Positions 41,671 through 54,244 of a stretch of 64,000 nucleotides of DNA are shown one piece after another; position 1 is the first letter of the stretch, and each line of letters opens with the position of its first letter. The position numbers and the translations under genes are program-made. Under the pieces are notes generated by a model, which was not told the DNA's origin, searched no databases, and saw only the letters and a program-made list of their open reading frames with translations. This DNA is from Nitrospirales bacterium (GTDB lineage Bacteria > Nitrospirota > Nitrospiria > Nitrospirales > UBA8639). The stretch is taken from NCBI GenBank assembly GCA_963422365.1, contig OY729426.1:832001-896000 (forward strand). The letters are read 5' to 3'.

Positions 41671-42702
41671 ATGCACCAACTTCTTAATACCCTCTACATT
41701 ACCACGGAAGGCGCCTACATCCGCGCGGACCATGAAACATTGAAAGTGGAAGTGGAAAAAGAAACGAAGCTGCAAGTGCCGATTCACCATATTGGCAGTG
41801 TGGTGTGTTTCGGGGACGTGCTGATGAGTCCGGCGGCTATTCATCGGTGTGCGGGCGAAGGACGCTCCGTGGTCTGGCTTGATCGCAACGGTCGCTTTAA
41901 GGCGCGTGCGGAAGGCCCGGTCTCGGGAAACGTGTTGTTGCGTCGAGCCCAACATGCAGCCTCATTAAATCCAGTGGTCACGCTGAACATTGCGAGAAAT
42001 ATGGTGGCGGGAAAGGTCCAAAATGCTCGACAGGTTGTATTGCGTGGAGCAAGAGAAGCTACGCGAGAGGATTATGGTGTTGCGCTGCGAGACACGGCTA
42101 ACGCACTAGCCAGAACGGTTCAGCGCCTGCCTGCTTGTGAAGATCTAGACACCCTGAGAGGGCTTGAGGGTGAAGCGGCTCGTGTGTATTTCTCGACGTT
42201 TGACCGAATGGTCTCGGTTGATGAAGAAACCTTTAAGATGAATGGTCGAAGTCGCAGGCCGCCGGTAGATCCGTTGAATGCTATCTTATCCTTTCTCTAT
42301 GCCTTGTTGATGAATGACTGTGTGGCGGCGGCTGAGGGCGTAGGGCTTGATCCGCAGGTCGGCTTTCTGCATGCCATCCGGCCTGGGCGCGCTGCGTTTG
42401 CTTTGGACTTGATGGAAGAATTTCGCTGTATTTTAGCTGATCGGTTGGCGTTGACCTTGATCAACCGGCGGCAAATCACCGCACCAGATTTTCTGGAGCG
42501 GCCTGGTGGGGCTGTGCATTTACACGATGATAGTCGAAAGGCTGTCATCGTGGCGTATCAGAAACGCAAGCAAGAAGAAATCACGCATCCTATGCTGGAT
42601 CAAAAAATGCCGTTTGGGGTGGTTCCGCATGTGCAGGCACGGTTACTGGCTCGGGTGCTCAGGAAGGATATGGAGGCCTATATCCCATTTACCATCCGGT
42701 AG
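41671..42702 (+). CDS. cas1: Cas1, type I-C
   Basis: [37 protein letters not shown]. Confidence 0.96.
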   Translation: MHQLLNTLYITTEGAYIRADHETLKVEVEKETKLQVPIHHIGSVVCFGDVLMSPAAIHRCAGEGRSVVWLDRNGRFKARAEGPVSGNVLLRRAQHAASLNPVVTLNIARNMVAGKVQNARQVVLRGAREATREDYGVALRDTANALARTVQRLPACEDLDTLRGLEGEAARVYFSTFDRMVSVDEETFKMNGRSRRPPVDPLNAILSFLYALLMNDCVAAAEGVGLDPQVGFLHAIRPGRAAFALDLMEEFRCILADRLALTLINRRQITAPDFLERPGGAVHLHDDSRKAVIVAYQKRKQEEITHPMLDQKMPFGVVPHVQARLLARVLRKDMEAYIPFTIR

Positions 42703-42712
42703 GAATACTCCC

Positions 42713-43003
42713 ATGCACGTCTTAGTGACCTATGATGTCTCGACAGAGACGGCTGCAGGAAAAAGGCGGTTGCGGAAGATTGCCGAAGCGTGTCAGAACT
42801 TTGGGCAGCGCGTGCAAAAATCGGTGTTTGAATGTGCGGTCAACGAGATGCAATACGAGGAATTGACTCGGCGGTTAGTCAACATCATGGATGAAAAGGA
42901 GGATAGCCTACGGTTGTACCGGCTTGCACAGCCGAAGGAGCAATACGTGAAAGTTTTTGGAATTGACACAGCGGTGGATTTTGAGGGGCCTCTGGTGTGG
43001 TAA
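42713..43003 (+). CDS. cas2: Cas2
   Basis: [24 protein letters not shown]. Confidence 0.95.
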   Translation: MHVLVTYDVSTETAAGKRRLRKIAEACQNFGQRVQKSVFECAVNEMQYEELTRRLVNIMDEKEDSLRLYRLAQPKEQYVKVFGIDTAVDFEGPLVW

Positions 43004-43182
43004 ACGCGAACCTGAAGCGCTTGCAAAATCCTAGGAGATTCGCGGGTAAGAGAACATGTTGATTTCATGAGGAGTTTGAGCATGTGGATCAATAAACAGG
43101 ATGTAAACGATGAGATGCGAAAAGGAGGTTCGCCGGATGAATGCGTTAACTGTCTGAAAGTTCGACAGATTTTTGTGATACA
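43004..43182 (+). promoter_or_regulatory. CRISPR leader
   Basis: AT-richer region with GCGAACC (43006), GATTCGC (43037) and GGTTCGC (43127) inverted motifs typical of I-C leaders. Confidence 0.8.
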
Positions 43183-46100
43183 GTAGCGCCCACCTTTCGA
43201 GGTGGGCGAGGATTGAAACTCCGCACAAAAGGCGATGACGTCGGCATCATGTTCCGTAGCGCCCACCTTTCGAGGTGGGCGAGGATTGAAACGGGCAGAC
43301 ATTGTGGCCGTATTGACGGAATTCCGATTGTAGCGCCCACCTTTCGAGGTGGGCGAGGATTGAAACAAGAATTTTACAAATAACAAGAAAAACAAAAATG
43401 TAGCGCCCACCTTTCGAGGTGGGCGAGGATTGAAACTCCTCGCCCGTGCGCTATGCCTCTGGTGAGCAGCGTAGCGCCCACCTTTCGAGGTGGGCGAGGA
43501 TTGAAACGAAGAGCTCATCGCCGCCCGGCGGCACCGCCACAACGTAGCGCCCACCTTTCGAGGTGGGCGAGGATTGAAACAGCGTGGCCGCCACGCTACC
43601 AGACAAAACAAGTATCGTAGCGCCCACCTTTCGAGGTGGGCGAGGATTGAAACACGTCATCATTGAGCCGTGCCGTATTGATCGAGCGTAGCGCCCACCT
43701 TTCGAGGTGGGCGAGGATTGAAACTCGATCCCCGGCGCAATGCCGGCGAGGATCGACAGTAGCGCCCACCTTTCGAGGTGGGCGAGGATTGAAACTTTTT
43801 GGCGCCGAGCGAACGCGGCGGACAAAATAGTAGCGCCCACCTTTCGAGGTGGGCGAGGATTGAAACAGTCTGTCGCCCGCGCTCTGATGCGCGATGATGC
43901 GCGTAGCGCCCACCTTTCGAGGTGGGCGAGGATTGAAACTCAAAACGCAAGCAACGATAAGCCGGCGAACAACAGTAGCGCCCACCTTTCGAGGTGGGCG
44001 AGGATTGAAACATGTGCCCGAAGGAGAACGCGAATATGTCGCGTCAGTAGCGCCCACCTTTCGAGGTGGGCGAGGATTGAAACATCGCGCCGCACGAGTT
44101 GCTGTGCCGCGTGTACCGTAGCGCCCACCTTTCGAGGTGGGCGAGGATTGAAACATTTTTTCGCCGACGTCGGTGTTGCGCGAGGCCGAGGTAGCGCCCA
44201 CCTTTCGAGGTGGGCGAGGATTGAAACCAAAACCGTGCGGGACTTCACGGCGCGGGTGTTCCGTAGCGCCCACCTTTCGAGGTGGGCGAGGATTGAAACA
44301 CCGGTCACCTCCGGCAAAAATATCGAGATCTCCGGTAGCGCCCACCTTTCGAGGTGGGCGAGGATTGAAACTAGATCGCGGGCGTGGCGGCATCTCCGCC
44401 TCTTGCGTAGCGCCCACCTTTCGAGGTGGGCGAGGATTGAAACATCCACCAATCCCAAGAGCCGCATCTCATATGTGGTAGCGCCCACCTTTCGAGGTGG
44501 GCGAGGATTGAAACAGACTTGGCGGACGACCGTGCAATCCGGCGGCGCCGTAGCGCCCACCTTTCGAGGTGGGCGAGGATTGAAACGCGCTCTCCCTCTG
44601 GCACGTCGAGATCATCCATCGTAGCGCCCACCTTTCGAGGTGGGCGAGGATTGAAACGCCAATGCGAAAGCCCAGGCCTGGTGGCGCGTGCGGTAGCGCC
44701 CACCTTTCGAGGTGGGCGAGGATTGAAACAAAAAAATCGTGCACGATACATTTTTATCGATCTCGTAGCGCCCACCTTTCGAGGTGGGCGAGGATTGAAA
44801 CTATTTTTCCCAATTTGGGTGAGCGAAAAAATATTGTCGTAGCGCCCACCTTTCGAGGTGGGCGAGGATTGAAACTAAAAAGTGAATACCATTTAATCCT
44901 CTCGCCCGATCGTAGCGCCCACCTTTCGAGGTGGGCGAGGATTGAAACGAGAGCTCGCCGGTTTGCCCCACCGGCCGGCGGTCGTAGCGCCCACCTTTCG
45001 AGGTGGGCGAGGATTGAAACGACCAAGCATGGTACGATCAAAAACGCGCGGCCGCGTAGCGCCCACCTTTCGAGGTGGGCGAGGATTGAAACAGATTGTG
45101 ACTCAATCGTCGGATCCAATCCCTCAAAGTAGCGCCCACCTTTCGAGGTGGGCGAGGATTGAAACTGGTACGTCGAGATCATCCATCATGCGATTGATCG
45201 TAGCGCCCACCTTTCGAGGTGGGCGAGGATTGAAACAACAGGGCCGGGCGGGCGGAGGCCGCGAGGAACACCGTAGCGCCCACCTTTCGAGGTGGGCGAG
45301 GATTGAAACACTTTTGTCCCGACGGCCGCTGCGGCAATGCTATTGTAGCGCCCACCTTTCGAGGTGGGCGAGGATTGAAACCTTGATGGCCTCCGGCACC
45401 GCGGAGGCTGACACGAGTAGCGCCCACCTTTCGAGGTGGGCGAGGATTGAAACGTCTGGGGCAATCCGTGCTCTTCGGAGGGCTGTCCAGTAGCGCCCAC
45501 CTTTCGAGGTGGGCGAGGATTGAAACCTCGCAGCGCGCCTTTCCTGGTGTCCCACAGCGCCGTAGCGCCCACCTTTCGAGGTGGGCGAGGATTGAAACGG
45601 ATCCATTTAAATCCTCGCCGCACTGGCACAGTGTAGCGCCCACCTTTCGAGGTGGGCGAGGATTGAAACACGACCGCGCAAATCGAGATGATCACCGCAC
45701 TCAGGGTAGCGCCCACCTTTCGAGGTGGGCGAGGATTGAAACACACAAGCACTCGCCGGCAATACCGCGATCCTTATTGTAGCGCCCACCTTTCGAGGTG
45801 GGCGAGGATTGAAACGTTGCTTGGCCTCGATGCCGGCAAAGCCAAGGATAGTAGCGCCCACCTTTCGAGGTGGGCGAGGATTGAAACCAGAGCCCGGCGA
45901 GAGCCACCCAAATGTATCCTTGGTAGCGCCCACCTTTCGAGGTGGGCGAGGATTGAAACTTAAATGCGAAAGCCCAGGCCTGGTGGCGCGTGCGGTAGCG
46001 CCCACCTTTCGAGGTGGGCGAGGATTGAAACATCGTCTCTCGGGCGCTCACCGTATCATGCAGATGTAGCGCCCACCTTTCGAGGTGGGCGAGGATTGAA

Positions 46101-49100
46101 ACACGGTGTTTCGGGTGGTGGGGCGGAAAAAATAAAAAGTAGCGCCCACCTTTCGAGGTGGGCGAGGATTGAAACCCTAGAGAGATACCCTAATGGCAAA
46201 ACTACTTATAGTAGCGCCCACCTTTCGAGGTGGGCGAGGATTGAAACTGAATAGCGCCTGATCATAATCGCGGCTGGTCTCAAGTGTAGCGCCCACCTTT
46301 CGAGGTGGGCGAGGATTGAAACTACCACCAGCGTCGCCGCGCCGCATGGGTTGACAGTAGCGCCCACCTTTCGAGGTGGGCGAGGATTGAAACATACTCG
46401 CCGTGGCCGTTGACCTCGGCGACCAAAGTAGCGCCCACCTTTCGAGGTGGGCGAGGATTGAAACATTAACAACAACGATGGGTCCCCGAGCCGCACGCAG
46501 TAGCGCCCACCTTTCGAGGTGGGCGAGGATTGAAACCCCCGCTGGTGGCGGTGCGGAACAGCCCGAGGGTGGTAGCGCCCACCTTTCGAGGTGGGCGAGG
46601 ATTGAAACTATGTGGACCGCCGCTGGGACGGCACGCAGCTCTTGTAGCGCCCACCTTTCGAGGTGGGCGAGGATTGAAACGGCAAATCCGGACGCGATGT
46701 GATGGGCTCAGCCTCGTAGCGCCCACCTTTCGAGGTGGGCGAGGATTGAAACCAATCCGGCGGCGCCAATGTGTCGGCCTCGCGCGAGTAGCGCCCACCT
46801 TTCGAGGTGGGCGAGGATTGAAACGGGTGCAAGATGAGATTAATCGCAAGCGCCATGGGGTAGCGCCCACCTTTCGAGGTGGGCGAGGATTGAAACTCCC
46901 ACGCACCCTGATCGCGATACTCGATCACAGCATGTAGCGCCCACCTTTCGAGGTGGGCGAGGATTGAAACGAGCAATTGGCCCTCCTCGCCGCCGAGGCG
47001 GTGCCGCGTAGCGCCCACCTTTCGAGGTGGGCGAGGATTGAAACGCGTAATGCGCCGAGTGGGAGCGCTCGTGCACGATGTAGCGCCCACCTTTCGAGGT
47101 GGGCGAGGATTGAAACGTGGCATCCTGATACACATATGATTGCAGGATGAGCGTAGCGCCCACCTTTCGAGGTGGGCGAGGATTGAAACTGCACTAGCCG
47201 CCGGCGTGGCCGATCCGCCGATGGGTAGCGCCCACCTTTCGAGGTGGGCGAGGATTGAAACGTTTGCGCGTGGCGCTCACGCGCACGGCATTGATCGTAG
47301 CGCCCACCTTTCGAGGTGGGCGAGGATTGAAACATCTCGGTCGTGACCTCCTCGTAGCTGGCGAGCGGTAGCGCCCACCTTTCGAGGTGGGCGAGGATTG
47401 AAACCAGGAGCTCCGCGAGGCCAGCCCCGTGGATACGGGGGTAGCGCCCACCTTTCGAGGTGGGCGAGGATTGAAACACCGTCCGTGCCCGGCTCCCCGC
47501 GATTGGCGAGTAGTAGCGCCCACCTTTCGAGGTGGGCGAGGATTGAAACTCCTCCTTGCGTCCGTCATGAGAGGCTGAGGCACGCGTAGCGCCCACCTTT
47601 CGAGGTGGGCGAGGATTGAAACCGATCTCGGTGCGAGTAGATAAATTTATCCATGTCGTAGCGCCCACCTTTCGAGGTGGGCGAGGATTGAAACGCGCCC
47701 CAGTTGATGGTGATCGATTGCATGTTGGGCGTAGCGCCCACCTTTCGAGGTGGGCGAGGATTGAAACGCAATCGAGGCAATCGCCACAGCCGGCCTGATG
47801 ATGTAGCGCCCACCTTTCGAGGTGGGCGAGGATTGAAACATCGTTAGCATTGCAACCATTGTTTTTATGATTATCGTAGCGCCCACCTTTCGAGGTGGGC
47901 GAGGATTGAAACGCGGCATCGGCGCGCCGCCGAATCTCACCGATGCCGTAGCGCCCACCTTTCGAGGTGGGCGAGGATTGAAACTTGCAAAAAATCGAAA
48001 GCCACGAAAAGCTATGCTGTAGCGCCCACCTTTCGAGGTGGGCGAGGATTGAAACCGCGAGAGATGAGCCGGGCGGCCCGCACCAGGCGAAGTAGCGCCC
48101 ACCTTTCGAGGTGGGCGAGGATTGAAACGCGTCGATGCCAGGTTGGACGAGGCGTGGAAAGAGAGTAGCGCCCACCTTTCGAGGTGGGCGAGGATTGAAA
48201 CATGTGATCAAATTTAGCATCAATAATTTTTTGCGGTAGCGCCCACCTTTCGAGGTGGGCGAGGATTGAAACCGAGATCCCATTCCGCTGGCGGCAATAT
48301 TTGGCCTGTAGCGCCCACCTTTCGAGGTGGGCGAGGATTGAAACAGCGCAAACGCCGTTGCCCGCGTGGTGAAAATCGGATGTAGCGCCCACCTTTCGAG
48401 GTGGGCGAGGATTGAAACTCCGCGACGGGAGGCGCGGCGGCTTGCCTTAGCCGGTAGCGCCCACCTTTCGAGGTGGGCGAGGATTGAAACCAAGCTGGTC
48501 GCGCACGGAGGCAGGCGCTCAGCCATCGTAGCGCCCACCTTTCGAGGTGGGCGAGGATTGAAACGAGAAGATAGAGGCCACGCTGGGCGTGATCCCTGAG
48601 TAGCGCCCACCTTTCGAGGTGGGCGAGGATTGAAACAGGTCCATCAGCAGGCATCTGTGCACGGATGGCCGCGTAGCGCCCACCTTTCGAGGTGGGCGAG
48701 GATTGAAACAAAAATCCTGTTGCCGACCACGAGCCCCGCGAGCGCCGTAGCGCCCACCTTTCGAGGTGGGCGAGGATTGAAACCACTGTTGCCCGGCATT
48801 GGCGGCGATCGAGCTGTAGTAGCGCCTACCTTTCGAGGTGGGCGAGGATTGAAACACTACGCCGGACAGCACGAGCACCCTCACGCTCGAGGTAGCGCCC
48901 ACCTTTCGAGGTGGGCGAGGATTGAAACATGGCATTCATTCTCAGCAGTTCATTTGTTCCGGAGTAGCGCCCACCTTTCGAGGTGGGCGAGGATTGAAAC
49001 ATGGATACTCTTACCTATCATCATGAGCCAACTGGCGTAGCGCCCACCTTTCGAGGTGGGCGAGGATTGAAACGGTAGACTTCGGACGAGACCAATCGAT

Positions 49101-50373
49101 CTGATCAAGGTAGCGCCCACCTTTCGAGGTGGGCGAGGATTGAAACTTGAGCGGCAGATCCATCTCTATCGTAAGCCACAGTGTAGCGCCCACCTTTCGA
49201 GGTGGGCGAGGATTGAAACAACGGCCACGGCGAGTATGCCATGACCACTGTGAGCGTAGCGCCCACCTTTCGAGGTGGGCGAGGATTGAAACATACCTGG
49301 TGCCTGTGCCGCTTACGGTGATCGCCGGTAGCGCCCACCTTTCGAGGTGGGCGAGGATTGAAACCGAGCCATCCGCGCACTGGATCACCACGCGCTGGCG
49401 TAGCGCCCACCTTTCGAGGTGGGCGAGGATTGAAACTCGCCGCCGGTGCTGGCGGATCAGGAGGCGCCGGGTAGCGCCCACCTTTCGAGGTGGGCGAGGA
49501 TTGAAACTATACGTACACCAACCTATTCTCTTGGCGCAGGAAGTAGCGCCCACCTTTCGAGGTGGGCGAGGATTGAAACCGATTGATTCCGGTTTTTCTC
49601 CTTTCAGCGGATACGTAGCGCCCACCTTTCGAGGTGGGCGAGGATTGAAACAAAGCTGATCTCGCGGCCGGCCTCGCGCTGCGGCGTGTAGCGCCCACCT
49701 TTCGAGGTGGGCGAGGATTGAAACAAGCGCCGAGAGATCGACTCCTGGCTGCTCAGCCCGTAGCGCCCACCTTTCGAGGTGGGCGAGGATTGAAACCGCG
49801 ACCGCCGGCCGGTGGGACAAACCGGTGAGCGTAGCGCCCACCTTTCGAGGTGGGCGAGGATTGAAACCTCGGCCGCACAGCCAATGGCTGCATCCACAGC
49901 ATCGTAGCGCCCACCTTTCGAGGTGGGCGAGGATTGAAACAAAGCTGATCTCGCGGCCGGCCTCGCGCTGCGGCGTGTAGCGCCCACCTTTCGAGGTGGG
50001 CGAGGATTGAAACAAGCGCCGAGAGATCGACTCCTGGCTGCTCAGCCCGTAGCGCCCACCTTTCGAGGTGGGCGAGGATTGAAACCTCGGCCGCACAGCC
50101 AATGGCTGCATCCACAGCATCGTAGCGCCCACCTTTCGAGGTGGGCGAGGATTGAAACAGTTTCGGGGCCGAGGATTTCCTGGCGCGCGACCTCGTAGCG
50201 CCCACCTTTCGAGGTGGGCGAGGATTGAAACGCAAAGAGGGTCACACACAACATAAGATGTTGAGGTAGCGCCCACCTTTCGAGGTGGGCGAGGATTGAA
50301 ACCGCGACCGCCGGCCGGTGGGACAAACCGGTGAGCGTAGCGCCCACCTTTCGAGGTGGGCGAGGATTGAAAC
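43183..50373 (+). CRISPR. CRISPR array; 37-nt repeat GTAGCGCCCACCTTTCGAGGTGGGCGAGGATTGAAAC; 100 repeats / 99 spacers by manual count
   Basis: Near-invariant repeat (one C>T variant at about 48819), 8-bp hairpin, spacers of about 33-38 nt. Confidence 0.99.
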
Positions 50374-50703
50374 CGGAGAAGACCGAAACTGCGACAAACA
50401 GCACGTTACGTGACCGGAGATTTACGGAGTGCCCCGCTTACTCCTCCTGATCGAACACAACTCCTCCAGATTGAGCCACCCGAACAAGCAAGCAGTTCGA
50501 AGAGAAGGTCGAGAACGCAATGAACGAGGCAAAACTCATCATCCGCATTATGGCTATTTGGCCGGTTTCCCTCTGGACCTCAGCTCGAACGCGGGATGGA
50601 TACCGACAGCCCTTCGTCGTCATAGGGGGACGGTGACAGCGAACATGCTCTTTGAACGCCGACTCGCGTTTTCACACGGTGCGTACGGACAACCCCCAGG
50701 AAG

Positions 50704-50988
50704 TTACGAGAGCAGCTTCATCAGCGTGACAACGGCGGTGACGATACCGACAGACATGGCCCAAAGGTGTTTGTAGAGGGATTCGAATTTATGGGTGATG
50801 CGCAGTTCGAGGGTCTGCAGATCGGCCTTCGTTGCGGTCTTTAGTTCTTGCAGATCGGCCTTCGTTGTGACGTTCCCACCGACTGCGTCGCCGACCGTAG
50901 CGATCACGGCTTCGGCCTGGGCATCGCCGAAGCCTGCATCCCGAAGCGCCTTGGCGGCCTTGAGCGTATCGAAAGCTAGCGAGGTCAT
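50704..50988 (-). CDS. DUF1640/CCDC90-like coiled-coil protein
   Basis: FDTLKAAKAL..AGF...QAEA, duplicated TKADLQ, C-terminal TM helix. Confidence 0.8.
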   Translation of the reverse strand: MTSLAFDTLKAAKALRDAGFGDAQAEAVIATVGDAVGGNVTTKADLQELKTATKADLQTLELRITHKFESLYKHLWAMSVGIVTAVVTLMKLLS

Positions 50989-51095
50989 TGGTTTGATGAT
51001 GAGCGTCCCGCCAGCCTATGTCAAGGGAAAAGCGATAGCCGCCGCTAGCCCTTTGCTGTTCAATAATTTAATAGAAAGACAAGACGGCGTAACCG

Positions 51096-52735
51096 ATGTC
51101 AACTAATGTAACTCCCGAACCCACCATCTGTGTCATGGCTCTCCACGCCCTGGCGTACTGAGAGCGTCTTTTCTACCTGGAAGAGGTCGAAGAGATCCGC
51201 GTCGCCGATGTGGCTGTGTACGCGGGCCGCCGACTCTATGAAGAGTTGGCGGCTGACGAAGGCGAGCTTGTCAGCATGGTCCTGGAGAGCGAAACGCTCG
51301 GCATCCGTGGCAAAGCTGATTGCCTATGCCGACGCAATGGTCAGATCATTCCCTACGAGCACAAGTGCGGTCGTTCGGCCAAAGGCGACGATGGTTCGCA
51401 GGCATGGACGAGCGACAGGCTTCAGGTCTACGCGTATACGCTACTGTTAGAAGAGCACACCAGTACGCCGATCCATGAAGTCCGGATTCGTTGTCACGCC
51501 AATAATACCACGGTCCGTGTTCCTGTGGACGAAAAAGCACGTGCAGATGTCCGGGAGGCTGTTGCTTATGCCCGAGAACTCAGTCGGTCAGTTGAACGTT
51601 CACCTGTGGCTGAAAATGATCGGCTGTGTCTGCGCTGCTCCCTAGCCCCGGTCTGTCTGCCCGATGAAGAACGCCTGGCCAAAGACGATGATTGGGAACC
51701 CGTCCGGTTATTTCCACAAGATCGTGAACGCCAGACCATCCACGTCACCACACATGGAGTCCGGATTGGGAAGTCAGGAGAAACGCTGACCGTCACGGAT
51801 ACGACAGGCAGAAGCAGGTGTTTCCTGTTCGCGAGGTTGGCGAAATCATTATTCACGGCTACGTCCAAATCAGTGCACAGGCAATCCATCTCTGTGCCTC
51901 TCAGGAAGTTGGGGTGCATTGGTTTACCGGAGGGAGGCAATATGTGAGTGGGCTGGTTGCAAGTGCCGGTCCGGTGCAGCGGCGTATCCGTCAGTTCGAG
52001 GTATTGTGAGATCCTGGCTTGATATTTCGTTTGGCCAGGCAGTTAGTGATTGCCCGAGCGTCCAGCCAACTTGGGTTTTTGCTGCGGGCGTCGCGGGGCA
52101 AAGATCGCAAGGCTTTGGGCATTGAGGAGGCCGTGTGGGGGCTTCGGAACGCGCTTCGTGCTGCCAGTTATGCAGAAGGGATTGATTCCTTGCGCGGTCA
52201 CGAAGGGGACGCTGGACGGCACTATTTCTCAGGCTTCCCTGGGCTACTGCGAGACGACTTGGACGAAAAACTGTGTTTCAATGGAAGAAATCGTCGTCCA
52301 CCTCAGGATCGGATCAACGCGCTGCTGAGCTTTGGCTATGCGCTTTTGTACCGTGATGTGCTGCAGGCGATTATGGCTGTCGGGCTTGAACCGGCTTTCT
52401 GATTTTTCCATCGACCGCGCTTGGCTGCCCACCCCCTTTCCTTGGATTTAATGGAATTGTTTCGGGTCCCACTGTGGGACATGCCGTTGGTAGCTTCGGT
52501 CAATCGTCTGCAATGGGACATGGAAGCGGACTTTACGCCGGCGAGCAAGCAAATCTGGCCGAGTGACTCCGGTCGAAAAAAAGCCATTGAGGTGTATGAA
52601 CGACGAAAGGAAGACCACTGGAAACATCCGGTTACGGGTTATTCATTATCATACGTGCGATTGATCAAACTGGAGGCCCGTTTGCTGGAGAAGGAATGGG
52701 CTGGGGAGCCTGGATTGTTTGCGCACATGCGTCTG
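51096..52735 (+). pseudogene. Cas4-Cas1 fusion (MYXAN-type) pseudogene
   Basis: [65 protein letters not shown]; stops at 51159, 52007 and 52400, frameshift near 51815. Confidence 0.88.
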
Positions 52736-52899
52736 GTTGAGAGGTCGGGTCACCCGTGCGGGGCAGGGAACTATTTGTGTTTTTGCGAGCCTGCCCCCTG
52801 CTTTGCCCGAGAAACGGGAAATTTCCAGGAGGTGAGAGGGGGGCGTTCTTGGGGGATTTTGAGGGGCGGCGTGGGAGCAGAATGAGGAGAACCCCCGGG

Positions 52900-53632
52900 A
52901 GAGCACTGGCCGCGCCCTTACGCACGGGGGGGGGCGCCATGACCAGCAGGACGGCCTGGCCCGTCGGGGAGGTGACGGGGTCCAGCCCATACGGCACGAC
53001 ATAGGGCCGGGTGCCGTTGAAGTCGCGGCGTTCATGATAGATGCGGACTGGCTGAAGGCTGGCCTTGGTCGTCGAGCGTTGGCGCACGGAAGTATTATAG
53101 ACGTTCGTCGTCACTTTTGTCCACGGGTCGAAGAGCCACCCCTTGCGGTAGTACCCCACGGACCGACGCACCCAGAAATCCTGGATTGTCCCGAGGCAAT
53201 AGTAGGCGTGGGGCTGCGCGGTGTGCGTCACGTCCACCCACTGGGTCGTGTCATGCGGGGGGAGGCCACACGGCACCACATCGACGAGCGGGGCCAGTCT
53301 GGCGTCGGGGGCGAGCACCACTGTGCCGGCGGCATTCCAGACCTGCACCCCAGCCCCGCGGCTCGTGGCGGTCAGCCGGGGACGGCGGTGATGCCCCACT
53401 GCGGGGTGCCGGCAGATGTTTGCAAGGCGGGGCGGCGTGCCCGGCCGTTCAGTGTTTGGGCGACCCAGTGCCCGGCTGGGGGTTGAGCGAAGAGCAGGGG
53501 TGCGTGCAGACCCTGGACATCCACCCCGATCTCGCCTGTTCCGCTGCCCAGGACGTGGACCTGCAAGGGCACGAACGTGCCGTCCACGATGACGTGACCT
53601 TCCTGGTTGAGCCAGGCGAGGCCGTAGCTTAT
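52900..53632 (-). pseudogene. Phage tail-tip accessory protein (3' end uncertain)
   Basis: (I)SYGLAWLNQEGHVIVD...GVQVWNAAG; start appears mutated ATG>ATA; stop/frameshift near 53370. Confidence 0.6.
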
Positions 53633-53937
53633 TTCCCCCGAATGCCGAGCAGCGTGACGGTGCGGCTGGCAGCGGTCCACCAGACCCACTGCTTCCTGGG
53701 GTCATACGTGATGCGCGGCCAGGTGGGGCCGTAACTGAAGGAGTCGGGGAGAGTGAAGCCCACCGCGACTCCGCCGGAGAACGTCCAGAAGTCCCCGCGG
53801 GTGAGAGAGAAAAGCGGGACGCTGGCGTGCCCGCCCGCCGTTGTTGTCTCGATGACATAGAGGAGCCGCCCCCGGAGGAGGGCATTTGCGCCAAAGGCCT
53901 GGCCGTACGCGTCTGTGAAGGCGACCCCATAGCTCAT
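53629..53937 (-). CDS. Small phage tail-associated protein
   Basis: GGAGG RBS then MSYGVAFTDAYG, an N-terminal style seen in genes following J-like tail proteins. Confidence 0.55.
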   Translation of the reverse strand: MSYGVAFTDAYGQAFGANALLRGRLLYVIETTTAGGHASVPLFSLTRGDFWTFSGGVAVGFTLPDSFSYGPTWPRITYDPRKQWVWWTAASRTVTLLGIRGK

Positions 53938-54244
53938 GTAAGTGCCTCCGGCTGGGGAGTGGCGGCGGGCCGTGGCCGGCGCCACTCCAGGCGCCCTGCC
54001 TGGGCAGGGGGTGTCCACGAAAGCGTCTGGGAGGCCTGGTCATACGTGAGGGGTGCGGGCACGACGGGCGCAGGGAGCGCGTCCGGGGCATGAGGCATTC
54101 GGCACCCCGTGGGGGCACGTGGCTGGCCATGCCGTGGCTGGGGCCGGCGGCCAATCCTCGATCACGTCGCCCCGTTCAGGGTCATACGCCACCACCACTG
54201 AGCCCGGCACGCCCGCCTCCAAGGAGGCCAGGACCGTCACTGTC

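Noticed and set aside
45599..45632. Spacers with short similarity to the repeat (e.g. tttaaatcctcgcc in spacer 34; also spacers 4 and 8)
   Set aside because: Matches of only 9-14 nt; chance cannot be excluded
42793..50404. Many long ORFs across the CRISPR array
   Set aside because: They are translations of the repeat ([36 protein letters not shown]), not genes
50374..50700. Short ORFs or a degenerate terminal repeat after the array
   Set aside because: No recognisable motif, RBS or repeat similarity
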